From a virus (Duplodnaviria; Caudoviricetes): a stretch of DNA of 64,000 nucleotides. The position numbers and the translations under genes are program-made. Where the stretch lies: IMG/VR virus record IMGVR_UViG_3300032280_000442, positions 160,001-224,000 of that record, one strand, 5' to 3'. Each line of letters starts with the position of its first letter. Within the stretch, counting starts at the first letter, position 1. Shown in pieces: positions 29,401 to 38,900 of this stretch. The notes below the pieces were generated by a model. That model was not told the origin of the DNA, made no database searches, and saw nothing but the letters and a program-made list of their open reading frames with translations.

Positions 29401-31381
29401 TCGTATCGTTAAATTTAATATCATACGGTGGGAACCACATAACTCTACCCCCGTTTGGTCCTTTTTCACAAACAGGTAATTCATCATATGTAAACCCTTG
29501 TTTACTTGATGTTCTCCAAGCCAAATTCTCAATTGAGAACATATATTTTTTAGCATACCCACCAATTCCATTTGGACCATCAGCAATAATGTTTGTTGAC
29601 CCCGGATTTCTTGTTGGTGAAATGTTTAAATTGAATGTATTATCAAATACCGAACCCGCGTATTGTCGTCCACTTGTTGTTATACCATCAACTTTTTGTA
29701 AATCATTGTAAGTATAATATGGGGTATCTTTAGTGAAAACCCTACAATATTCAATACCCGCTTCACCACCTGTTGTTTGGTCAGTGTACGACACAACTTG
29801 AGAACCTTTAGTAATTTCTTTATAACCGTCGTGGAATACCTTACTAACTTGATTAATAGCATTACCTACGTGTTTTAATCTTGTAATACCTTGTACATTA
29901 TCCGCAGAATCAACCAATCTTTGTGTTTGGTCTAAAATAGATGTTTTCTTAAATGTAAAATTAGTTGACTCATCACGAGTATAGTTACTACTAATTAAAT
30001 TATATTCAGGGTCAGCAGAACCTGAACCCCCACCGGGAGTGGCTTTAAAACCTGCGTTTGCTTTATATTTTGGAGATGTCCAAACAAATTGACCATCAAT
30101 ACCTCCACCATCACTTAATGATTTAGCCGCTAACCCAAAATTAAGAGTATCTTGGTTACCTTCATATAAAATACCTAATTCGGATGGTCCATACACTGGA
30201 ACATCATCTTGTTGTCCAAAAGCGTTAACAGGAACTTGATTTGGAGGTGAAGTTATTGTTGATGGTTCAGAATTTCTACTACCAACATAATAACCCCCAA
30301 CTAATGTTCCATTATCGGGATTTATTAAACTAACTATCGCTTGTCCAATACCTAATAACCCACCAAAATTTTTGTCATAACTTGGCTGATAACGGTTATA
30401 ATTAAGATTTCTAAATAAAACAGACCTTTGACCATTTCCGGTATTTGCTAAAAATATTTCAGATGGGTTTCTTTTAATATTTAATATTGGACCTAAAAAT
30501 CCACCGGTTAATTGGTTAACAACATTTAAAGCGGTAGATGTTTGTTGTGTTTGACCATTTCTTGTATTATCCGTAAAATAATCTCCCGGAATTAATGAAA
30601 CCGGCCAATACGCACCACCTAATCTTGTAATTAAATCTGCCGCCGCAGTAATAGGGTCTTCCGGTGATGTAATCTTCCAATTTCTATAAACTAAAGGTTC
30701 TTGTCCTGATATAATTAGACTAGCCTCAAAAGGGTCGGATAATGATTCTAAATTTACTTGACCAACAGTGTTAATAAAAATTTGTCTATTAATTCTATCT
30801 TGAAATAATTCATTAAGATATGTCGCACCTAATCTCGCTAAATAAGAATCTTGAGATAATGAACCATTATCACCCGTTGGATTTGTAGATAATAAAATCT
30901 CATACGGAGAATATGATGATGCAACAAAATTTGTTGGTAAATAAGGTTGATGTATTGGTTGACCTAATATTTGAGTCGTAACCCCATACATATCATTAAA
31001 ACCACCAACAGGTCCGTAGTAATTATCAATATACGCAGCGTCAATGAAAAATTCATTAACTAAATCTAAAGCAGTATCGGTCGGTGCGTATTCACCCTGA
31101 TTTGAGTTTACCGGAAGTAGAGGTCCATTAAAATTAATATTTAAATCATATCCACCGTTAGGACCGTATTCATTTAACGGATATAATAATTGAGCAAAAG
31201 GGTCGTTAGCAATTAAATCATTTGGAGAATCAACAACACTAAAGTTATTCAAAGATACTTCTGTGTTTATATTAGATGCTGGCGGTGTATAAACACCACT
31301 AACAGTATATGGAACTAAATTTTTAGCCAATAAAATATCTCTAAATGAAGATGATGATGCAAATGATAATGTACTTGGCAT
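26441..31381 (-). CDS. Baseplate tube-initiator-like protein with inserted OmpA-like domain
   Basis: Directly after the tape measure gene. FLGRPEPIYTYKDTQR and FGAPPVLVLRIGDFY tube-initiator-like motifs; central ASAPANKTYNVTLSKRRANSV...CRRV. Confidence 0.65.
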   Translation of the reverse strand: MPSTLSFASSSSFRDILLAKNLVPYTVSGVYTPPASNINTEVSLNNFSVVDSPNDLIANDPFAQLLYPLNEYGPNGGYDLNINFNGPLLPVNSNQGEYAPTDTALDLVNEFFIDAAYIDNYYGPVGGFNDMYGVTTQILGQPIHQPYLPTNFVASSYSPYEILLSTNPTGDNGSLSQDSYLARLGATYLNELFQDRINRQIFINTVGQVNLESLSDPFEASLIISGQEPLVYRNWKITSPEDPITAAADLITRLGGAYWPVSLIPGDYFTDNTRNGQTQQTSTALNVVNQLTGGFLGPILNIKRNPSEIFLANTGNGQRSVLFRNLNYNRYQPSYDKNFGGLLGIGQAIVSLINPDNGTLVGGYYVGSRNSEPSTITSPPNQVPVNAFGQQDDVPVYGPSELGILYEGNQDTLNFGLAAKSLSDGGGIDGQFVWTSPKYKANAGFKATPGGGSGSADPEYNLISSNYTRDESTNFTFKKTSILDQTQRLVDSADNVQGITRLKHVGNAINQVSKVFHDGYKEITKGSQVVSYTDQTTGGEAGIEYCRVFTKDTPYYTYNDLQKVDGITTSGRQYAGSVFDNTFNLNISPTRNPGSTNIIADGPNGIGGYAKKYMFSIENLAWRTSSKQGFTYDELPVCEKGPNGGRVMWFPPYDIKFNDTSTANWTPTTFLGRPEPIYTYKDTQRTGTLSWKIIVDHPSVMNVLVEKQLKGQNKERINSIIDSFFAGCVKYDIYELAKKFNTVPTKDLYTYQQILNNPNLDKETAKTVIESAVGAASVGTETTAGNSTPQTNPEPSCDLDSKYNNFGFYFDNDIPGPSNRTNPIPNSTYKADYDNYTYSMNQDQYVAISSKTFASGSTNLNVKQFFENVVIDNFNYINTGFVEDAFKILSEKTGIIKVSLRAAASAPANKTYNVTLSKRRANSVIEYFKTTKLGKFITEDKTLTFPNIDTLGEDDTATPKSSKNGFGGAINCTEDIKDKNGKVTKDSQWYSVSAMACRRVVITDITVTAIPQDKPVVPVEKPIIDQKTTTTSTEQKPKPVPTFRTEKTIKEGISKLILRRLLSECDYFDVVKKEVPMLYDSIQEKIKYFNPAFHSITPEGLNSRLTFLNQCVRPGETIPVIGDKGQIVANDALNTSFGAPPVLVLRIGDFYHCKIIPRAVSFSYEPLVFDMNPEGIGIQPMIANVTMNFDMIGGMGLEKPVEQLQNALSFNYYANTEIYDERATATDDSWKKLDKQYFQSLIDEQPQQTTVDNQQTNPAGETIGQIQTTVNGTSGQTGDITYTKIMDSLLDVTKDYYTNIINQAESMSKSYNDGIWQLISKERQYPDGLFNFNTTNLPVPATVKIFGKSVFESRIDDLFTETINDVDNDTNFIILGLIADNFNDSTLRSVKTNLKKYLTDYQADFSLGVNSIISNVVQQQVDMVQVFRKINFVTTLSDGIFVDAKSKIYNISATTETDSSSFPIPANTYEELWRDYEKVSTDFQTFNQFLIDEGVIYNDYDSPGDFNPFTTEISDITDKRFFMIMAQVFNNSDKFNTFKSTIVTNELDKSTPNLSKKFNKIVNNFRDKVKDELDAEEKYYKTLKKSEKYRNYLVVENLYKKGKIRKFNYTTEPSSMNDQQIKNLTLLYNGNNGGDKTTWTDKTQFN

Positions 31382-31445
31382 ATTTTTTTTCTTTTATAAT
31401 AAATAGATTAATAACCTATTTTTAATGTGGTTTTACTATTATTCA

Positions 31446-33197
31446 TTATTTTTTAGGCATTGGTCCAAAATTAGCATCAGCAAACGCAGTTTTAACTTGA
31501 CTCACAATTTGTTGTTGAACTTCAGGTTCTTTTAAAACTCTCTGAAGTGACGCGGCGTCCACCCCATTAGGTGTTGTAACATTAACATTTAAATTTACAT
31601 CAACAGTTGATTTATTATTTACAGATTGACTTCCAACAGTATTATTTGTTGAATTAGTTCCTGTTGGAATGTTTGAATTTTCAGGTGGCAAGGTCCCTGT
31701 TGCTCGTTGAACGGATTTAGCAATATCTTTAAAAATTGGAAACGCCTCAGAAATTTCATTTGCTTGTTTTTCCACATTTGAAAATGCGGTAGTCATTTCA
31801 TTTTTAACAAAACTACCAAAATTAGTTAAAATACCACCTAAATCAGCAGTGACTTGACCTGTTTCTGCATATTGATGAATAGCATTACCTAATGTATCTA
31901 GTGTCTTATCAACACCTTTAGCAATGTTTTTTGCCGATAAATTTTCACCAGGAATTTCCTTTACAGCCTCCGCGATTGCTTTACCACCTTTTAAACCTTG
32001 TCCAACAGTTTTAGTTGCGGCTAACCCTAAACCTGTTCTATCCCCTAAACTATTAATTGCCGCCGCCACATCTTTTGTTGCACTTAATTGTTCTTTAGCC
32101 AAATCCTCCATTGATTTTGGTGCGGTGTTGGCCATTTTCTCAATTGCCGCAACATCATCTTTACTTAATTCAGAAACCGATTTTTGTTGTTCATTACCTT
32201 TTTCATCAGTAAATTTAACAGTATATTCCCCATTCGCACCCATTTCTGCCATATTGGCAATCATTTTCTTTTGGTCTTCGGGTACATCCGGAAATGAAAT
32301 TTCTTTCATTTTCTTATCTAAATCCGCACTACCTAATGCCATTTTAGCTAAAGTACCACTAGCTAACCCCATAGCCTGTTCAACTTCTCTTAATTGTCGT
32401 TTGGCACCCGGCATAATCTCAAAATGCCCATCTTTACCAAGTTGAACAAATTGTTTACTCATTTGAGCAATTTGATTTTGTAACTCAGCAGGGTCATTTT
32501 GAGATAAATCCATTAATTTTAATGGGTCTAATAATGCACTCTGAGAAACACCTAATCGTTGCATTGCCGCAGCAACTTCAATAGCGCCTTCAGGATTAAA
32601 TACTTTTTCAGCAAACTGTAATGTTTGTGACATATCAATCCTTAAAGATGTTGCTTGTGCCGCCATTTTAGCCAAACCTTCAACACCACCGGCAAAATTA
32701 TATTTGTTAAGAGCCTGCATATTATCCAAAACTGTTTTAGAAACCGCTTGAGCATTTACACCCGACTCTCTCGCAACATTAACAACTTTTAACATTTCTC
32801 CCGCAGCTTTTCCTGCACCAATACCTGCGTCAGCCATACCACCAACTATTTTACTTGTCTCTTGACCGGTAACTTTCATTGTTGCATATAAATCTTTGGT
32901 TGTTTCTTCAGTTAACACAACGTTTCTACCTAATTCTTTAGACGCCTCTTGCTGAATTTTAAGAACATCAACAATATCCCCACCTAATTTTCTTACTGAT
33001 GTCACAGACTCAGCCATACTCATCCTCAATATATCGGACATTTGTTGACCTTGTCCAAACTGTTTGAGCATAGTACTTGCAGCCTCATCAAGTTTTAATA
33101 CTATTTTAGCAATCGATTCAGGATTAAAATTAGAACCAATTGCCTCTCCTAATCCTCTTGTGGTTGAACTATCTTCCGGTGTTACAGGGTCTGCCAT
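31446..33197 (-). CDS. Tape measure protein
   Basis: Ala/Gln/Met-rich helical 583-aa protein downstream of the tail chaperone. Confidence 0.75.
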   Translation of the reverse strand: MADPVTPEDSSTTRGLGEAIGSNFNPESIAKIVLKLDEAASTMLKQFGQGQQMSDILRMSMAESVTSVRKLGGDIVDVLKIQQEASKELGRNVVLTEETTKDLYATMKVTGQETSKIVGGMADAGIGAGKAAGEMLKVVNVARESGVNAQAVSKTVLDNMQALNKYNFAGGVEGLAKMAAQATSLRIDMSQTLQFAEKVFNPEGAIEVAAAMQRLGVSQSALLDPLKLMDLSQNDPAELQNQIAQMSKQFVQLGKDGHFEIMPGAKRQLREVEQAMGLASGTLAKMALGSADLDKKMKEISFPDVPEDQKKMIANMAEMGANGEYTVKFTDEKGNEQQKSVSELSKDDVAAIEKMANTAPKSMEDLAKEQLSATKDVAAAINSLGDRTGLGLAATKTVGQGLKGGKAIAEAVKEIPGENLSAKNIAKGVDKTLDTLGNAIHQYAETGQVTADLGGILTNFGSFVKNEMTTAFSNVEKQANEISEAFPIFKDIAKSVQRATGTLPPENSNIPTGTNSTNNTVGSQSVNNKSTVDVNLNVNVTTPNGVDAASLQRVLKEPEVQQQIVSQVKTAFADANFGPMPKK

Positions 33198-33218
33198 ATT
33201 AAAATGTTTTTATAAATA

Positions 33219-33260
33219 AATACACCAAACATAGTTTTTAAATCACTAGTTTGGTGTATT
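33219..33260 (-). terminator. Hairpin (possible terminator) at the end of the chaperone extension, abutting the TATTTAT motif
   Basis: AATACACCAAAC (33219-33230) / GTTTGGTGTATT (33249-33260), a perfect 12-bp inverted repeat. Confidence 0.5.
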
Positions 33261-33398
33261 ATTCTCGATTAGTCTAGTTATTAGGTGTTTTCTAAAATAT
33301 GTTGGCATAGAATGAAAATCCGAATATGATACGTGGATTGATTGAGCCAAATACAAATATTCCTCAATCAACATTTGCCTATGATTAGAAGAAAGGGC
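33246..33398 (-). CDS. Tail chaperone extension (gpT / T4 gp51-like), probably reached by +1 frameshift; alternative independent ATG at 33374
   Basis: Not in the ORF track. The +1 frame reads ALSSNHRQMLIEEYLYLAQSIHVSYSDFHSMPTYFRKHLITRLIENNTPN*; the SYSDFxxMPxxxR pattern is typical of chaperone C-terminal extensions. Confidence 0.7.
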   Translation of the reverse strand, partial: ALSSNHRQMLIEEYLYLAQSIHVSYSDFHSMPTYFRKHLITRLIENNTPN

Positions 33399-34140
33399 GA
33401 AAAAAGTCCACCCCAAAGGCAATCTCGAAAGATACCAATTCTCCTGATGGGGCGATTACACTTCTTTTTAAATCCAATGACGGCTCATTATCTTTTAAAA
33501 ACTTTCTTATGTATTTTGAATCCATAATTGGTAAAGTATCAATAAATAAACTTATTTTTGATTTATCTTGTTCACCATCAATTTCAACAATATGTTTTAG
33601 TAATTTCCAAGTAATTCTTGGAGCTTGTCTACCAGCAGGATATTGGTCAGCCATTTTATCTAACTCAATTGTATCATTAAAAGTTGTTGGTCTTAATTTA
33701 ACCGTAACACCTGTTTTTGGTAATTTAGTAGTAAATGTTCCGTCCTCATCAGGTTTAACTTCAGTTTTTCTAATATTTAATTCGTCTAATAAAATAGTAC
33801 CAACAAATGGTTTATCTGTTGCCGGGTCAATTAAATTTATACTATATTCCGGACCAAATGACGTATTTCTTAAAAATATTAAAATAGCCTCAACATCACC
33901 GTCTAAAAGTTCTTCAGGACGTAAGTCGTGTTCATACAATTTATTTCTTAATAATTTTAATATAATATTTTCACTACTACGACCAGCACCAATTAAATAA
34001 TTCTCGTCATTTGCCGTTAAGTACCCAATCTTAACCGACTTCTTTTTTGATTTGTAAAAAATACCACCTGTAGGTAATTGAACCATATCGTGAGGTAAAT
34101 TAAAATTTTGAGTTGCTGCATCAATTAAATTTTGTTCCAT
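33385..34140 (-). CDS. Tail/baseplate assembly chaperone (T4 gp26-like)
   Basis: VQLPTGGIFY...YLTANDENYL...GDVEAILIFLRNTSFG; ends GVDFFRPFF; lies between the tube and tape measure genes. Confidence 0.8.
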   Translation of the reverse strand: MEQNLIDAATQNFNLPHDMVQLPTGGIFYKSKKKSVKIGYLTANDENYLIGAGRSSENIILKLLRNKLYEHDLRPEELLDGDVEAILIFLRNTSFGPEYSINLIDPATDKPFVGTILLDELNIRKTEVKPDEDGTFTTKLPKTGVTVKLRPTTFNDTIELDKMADQYPAGRQAPRITWKLLKHIVEIDGEQDKSKISLFIDTLPIMDSKYIRKFLKDNEPSLDLKRSVIAPSGELVSFEIAFGVDFFRPFF

Positions 34141-34190
34141 ATAATTTTGTTTTTATTATAAATAATAGAATATGTTTTTTTAAACTAAAT

Positions 34191-34216
34191 AAAAAACCCA
34201 CTTAAAAGTGGGTTTT
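34191..34216 (-). terminator. Intrinsic terminator
   Basis: AAAACCCACT-TAAA-AGTGGGTTTT with a T run on the minus strand. Confidence 0.75.
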
Positions 34217-34421
34217 ATCTAAAATATAATACACATATTTTTTTTTCGACTATTAATTTATTAATATACTCTACTCGAGTCATAAATTCTGTATTAATAT
34301 CCATATGTTCTGTTAAAGCAAGAACTTTTTTATAAAGTCTTGGTTCATTGGTTGAAAACCATTTTTCATTACTTAATGTTGGAGAATTACGAATTTTTTC
34401 AATTGTTATCCCTCGATACAT
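34215..34421 (-). CDS. Small hypothetical protein (possible remnant of an inserted gene)
   Basis: 68-aa ORF starting 1 nt after the tube gene stop. Confidence 0.5.
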   Translation of the reverse strand: MYRGITIEKIRNSPTLSNEKWFSTNEPRLYKKVLALTEHMDINTEFMTRVEYINKLIVEKKICVLYFR

Positions 34422-34422
34422 A

Positions 34423-34911
34423 TTAGTAAACTAAAATACATCTATCCATACGAATAGTTGTTGAAATACCCGCAATAGCATCATCCGCATATCCTAAACT
34501 ATCAAAGTTAACATCACTTAAAAAAGCACCTTCCAAAATCCATTTTTCAACAACAACTCCTGTTGGGTCTAACATCTCTAAATCAATGTTTTTCTTGTAT
34601 CCCGCAGCATACCCCATACGACCTGTTACTGACTCAGCACATAAACGAACCCATTCCATAAGAGCTTGTGACGCTGAAGGACCAATAGGGTCTCTAAATT
34701 TAACTTGAATTGTCCCCCAAGTAAAACGACCCGCAACATATGTTGAAGTGTTTAAAAAAGGTATCTCAATGTCTTTAATTGTTATATGTGGTCTTGCAGC
34801 CGTTTCTACGAACCATTCGTTAATCCCTAAAGTAGATGGAAATCGTACAATAAACCTATTTTTTCTTTTTGGTTCATACGGTATGGGCATTTTCATTAAT
34901 AAATCAGCCAT
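34423..34911 (-). CDS. Tail tube protein (T4 gp19-like)
   Basis: EPKRKNRF...YVAGRFTWGTIQVKFRD...ALMEW...GYKKNIDLEMLDPTG...W.LEGAF. Confidence 0.9.
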   Translation of the reverse strand: MADLLMKMPIPYEPKRKNRFIVRFPSTLGINEWFVETAARPHITIKDIEIPFLNTSTYVAGRFTWGTIQVKFRDPIGPSASQALMEWVRLCAESVTGRMGYAAGYKKNIDLEMLDPTGVVVEKWILEGAFLSDVNFDSLGYADDAIAGISTTIRMDRCILVY

Positions 34912-34983
34912 TTTTTAATTTGTTTTTAAATTTTATTGTTTTATCTTGTTTATTATAAATATAATCTATTTAATTTTTTTATC

Positions 34984-35012
34984 TTGACTTTTAGAATTAA
35001 AATTTGTATAAT
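34984..35012 (+). promoter_or_regulatory. Orphan near-consensus sigma70-type promoter, antisense to the tail operon
   Basis: TTGACT (34984-34989)-17 bp-TATAAT (35007-35012); no plus-strand ORF downstream. Confidence 0.7.
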
Positions 35013-35026
35013 TCTAGAAATTCTAG

Positions 35027-35098
35027 TTTTTATATTAATATTTTATTAATTAGTTTTTTTATTAAATATTTTTTATTAATAATAATTAGTTTAATATT
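35027..35098. repeat. Extremely AT-rich tract with TTTTATTAA repeats
   Basis: Only two G/C in ~72 bp; TTTTATTAA at 35041, 35057 and 35071; ATTAGTTT twice. Confidence 0.65.
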
Positions 35099-35909
35099 CT
35101 TTTTTAATGCCTCCTGCTGTTGAATATGTTTTAATAATATTCTCTGGGTCATCCTCAAAATGTTTCTTAACAACTTCCACATTTTTTAAATCGTCATCTG
35201 AAAAACCTATTTTAGGGACAAAATAATTGTTTATTTTATTTTTTAAGAAAGCTTTCTTTTGTATATGTTGAGACATTGCTTTGACATAACTAACAAATTC
35301 TTTTAAAGCTTTGATTTTACCTTCTTCGGGATTTGTTGCTGAACCTTCACCATAAGTAACCGGATAGAATTTACATAAATCTAAATACTCTCGAATCATT
35401 TCTCTTTTAGAAGTGTTTTCCTCATCAGCTAAATCTCTATATTTTTCTAAATTTTTAACTAACTCATCCGAATCAATACCATTAAGGTTTGATACAATAT
35501 AGTTGTAACAAGCTTCTTTAATAACTGATGGTGTATGTCCTCTAGCGGTCACAATTGAAAATATTGAACCGTTATTAATCGCCTCAACAAAATCATTCCA
35601 AGCAGGTCCCGGTTTTGCTAACATAGTATCAATAATGAACTGTCTATCACCTTTAACACCAAAGTATCTAAAAGGTTCATCAGCAAATCCAACTATTGTA
35701 TGTCCATCAAATTCAAACGGTTCTTTACCAATTTGTTCTCTATAAGTCGCAAAATCTTCAGTAGACATTCCAACCTCATCACCGTCTTCATCTTTTAATA
35801 TAATTTTGGTTGGCATTGAAACTATATTATCATCCCAATCAAATGCGTAATACTTTTCATCCGGAGCACCAAATTCATCAATACCCTCTACAATTTTATT
35901 TTTTAACAT
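35091..35909 (-). CDS. HAD-superfamily hydrolase-like protein
   Basis: Motif I FDWDDNI, motif II IVTARG, Lys in EEGKIK, motif IV FSDDD. Confidence 0.75.
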   Translation of the reverse strand: MLKNKIVEGIDEFGAPDEKYYAFDWDDNIVSMPTKIILKDEDGDEVGMSTEDFATYREQIGKEPFEFDGHTIVGFADEPFRYFGVKGDRQFIIDTMLAKPGPAWNDFVEAINNGSIFSIVTARGHTPSVIKEACYNYIVSNLNGIDSDELVKNLEKYRDLADEENTSKREMIREYLDLCKFYPVTYGEGSATNPEEGKIKALKEFVSYVKAMSQHIQKKAFLKNKINNYFVPKIGFSDDDLKNVEVVKKHFEDDPENIIKTYSTAGGIKKEY

Positions 35910-35927
35910 AATATTAAATTAAGGCTT

Positions 35928-35960
35928 AATTATGACCCACTATTACAATGGGTCATAATT
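35928..35960 (-). terminator. Stem-loop after the sheath gene (weak terminator or mRNA stabiliser)
   Basis: AATTATGACCCA / TGGGTCATAATT 12-bp inverted repeat with a poor U-tract. Confidence 0.55.
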
Positions 35961-35967
35961 TTATTTA

Positions 35968-38900
35968 TTATATATTCTCGAAAGAAGCTCCGGTTGGAGT
36001 AATATAGAACGTAATATCTATAAATTCTAACGATTTGGTTGGTTTGATGTAAATCTTACCAGTCATTTGATTTCTGTCTAAATCAGCCGTATCTGATGAT
36101 ACTGTAACTCGGAAATCATATAAACCTCTGTCTCTTCTGATAGCGTCCAAGATAGGGTTAACCGCGTCTAAGAAGTCTTGTCTTACTTTTTGGTCGTTTT
36201 GTTCAAACAATAATCTTACAGATACTGCTGAAATCAATTTACGAGCTTGAAGTAATAATCTTCTTACATTAATTCTATCAAGAGCAGATTGTGCTACTTG
36301 TAGAGTTTTATTACCCCAAATTACTGTACCAACATCAGAGAAAGTTGCAATTGGATTAATACGTCCTTGATAAAGAGTGTCTCTATCCTCTTGAGTAAGT
36401 TTCTTTCTCGCTTTAACAGCGTTTACAATACCTCTTGTGTAACCTGCCGCCGCGAACCAAGGGAACGCAATGTTATCGGTTAACGCCAAGTTTCTTACAA
36501 CCTCAGCTGTTGGTGGTAAATAGATTTGTGTATTATTAACACTATCTCTAGTTAATACCCAAGGGTAATAAGTTGCTGTGTAGTTAGAGTCAATACCACT
36601 ATCTTCTAAAGTATTTACCGCCTCTTGTGGATAAACTAACTGAGTTGGGTCATAAGTTGGTAAAAGTAAATTACTATCAGCCGTTGTACAAATATACAAT
36701 GAGTCAGCTCTATTAAACTCAATCATTTCAATTGCCTCTTCCACTAAATCAGAGTTATTAGTATAATCAATACCTGGAGTCACAAATAAATTGATATTAA
36801 CTGCCTCAGGATTTGAGAATGTTTGTTGTCCTAATAAGTATGCGTAGTAGTCCGTGTTTGCCCAATCAACACTATTGTTTCCAACAGTAATTTTCTTGAA
36901 TGCACCCCAACCTGTTGCAGTTGGGTATTGAATATCTGAACAAGCCCCATTTAAGTAACCTCTTCGACCTAATTTAAATAAGTCACCATTTGTTCTACGT
37001 TCTGTATAGATATCCCATCCATCAAACCCTCCTTGAACTAATAAAGAGAATTTACGAGAATATATTCTGTAATAAGGACTAGCCTCACTTGAAGGGTCCG
37101 ATGTAAATGTTGCATCACCTACATAATAAGCCGGAGTTCCACTTGTTGTATATGCGTTTGAAATAGTAATACCACTAGCGTTTTTATCCATATGGAAACC
37201 TTTAGTTAACGTTAACCATTCAGCCGCGTCACTATCAATACATAAATTTAATGGTTTTTGTTTTCCTTTATATCGGAAGAAATCAACATCATATCCCGCA
37301 CCGTTTCCTGTAGAAATACCTAAATAAGTTCTACGAACATTATCACCCGGACTTAATGTAGCATCATTACTACCTGAACTTAATCCAAATGGTGGGTCAA
37401 ACACAACTTCACCAGGGTAATCGTATTTAGTTTTATAGATAGGGAATGGAGACCTTGACGAACCATATTGTCTAAATTTAAATCCTTTAAACCCACAAGG
37501 TAATGTATCAATAGGTGCGTCCTCATTCATTTCAACCATAATGTATTTTGAATTCAATGCGTATTCACCATCACTTGTACCAATTTTTTGAGCCACAAAT
37601 GAATTACTATTAGGGTCCATTGTACAATTTGTAAATTTCTCAATAACTACAGGATTATTATCAGTATCGTAGAAATCTCTAACTAACACGTCAAATGTTA
37701 AATTACCAAAAGACATATTTGCGATTGAAATTTTAACTTCTGTGTTAGCAGAATCTCCATCGGAAATAGTTGCAAATCTAAATAAGTCAAATACTTTATT
37801 ACCTCTTACCTCAGAAACAACCCACGGAGATACCGGAGTTTGATATTTTTCTAAATAATAAGCTATTGATGATGAGTTACCACCTGCAGCTCTTGGTAAA
37901 TCCAATAAATTACAATTTAAACCTCGAATATAACCTTTATTGTAACCATAGTTTAATAATGTTTGGAATCTTTCTTCAACAAACAATGGAACTGTAGTTC
38001 TTGGTTTAGCGAAATTTGAAGAACCAAATACTTTAGGTAAATATTTTGAATCCGATTCACTAAATGATGTTTCAAAGAAGAATGTATTACCATCGTAATC
38101 TGTCACATTAAGACCAAATGTTGAATATGGGTTTTTAGCAATATCAGAATATGTTGATGCTGTACAATTAATTGAAACGTCGGTTAATCCTGTTACTTCA
38201 TAAGCAGGTCCATCACTATTGGTACCATAAGTTGCAATACCTCTTGAACGAAGTGTTGCTATAACCATATCATCAAAATCAGTATACGAAACACCTGAAT
38301 ATGTGTAAATTTTACCACTTACCGTACCACTATAACAAGTTGTTAATATTCCCGTATTGCGAGTTCCTGTGTTACCTGTTGTAGAAGGATTACAAGGATT
38401 ATTTATAATTACATTAACTATCCAAGATTGTATATTAGAACCATCCTGAGATGTTAATACGTAAGTTTTAGTTCTCGCTGAAAAGTTTTGAGTAGTTCCT
38501 GTACTTTGTTGTGTAACACCACTAACTGTAACACCTGTTGTACAAGCACTAAATGTAACGGTTAACGCTGTTAATCCTGATGTCGGTGTGTTAGACGGTA
38601 ATACAACATCGATTGTGTTAGTATTATAATTTATACTACCTACAGTGTTTGAAACTGTTGCAGAACTCATAGATAACGAATAGAATGACGCACAATTTGA
38701 TGATGATGTTGTGGCTGTTAAAGTATTTACAACATTATAGAATGAGAAACCACTATATGAACCACTATTATTATCAAATAAAGAATAATACCAAGGGTCA
38801 TTGTTTGCATCCGTATAATCTGCATTAGTTGAACTTACACTATCAACACCATAAACATTAGTTGAGTTTGTGTAACCCGTACTTAACGTATTATAATCAG

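Noticed and set aside
33368-33406. Classical -1 frameshift in the tail chaperone
   Set aside because: The -1 frame (SPFLLIIGKC*) terminates after about 10 codons; only the +1 frame gives a plausible extension.
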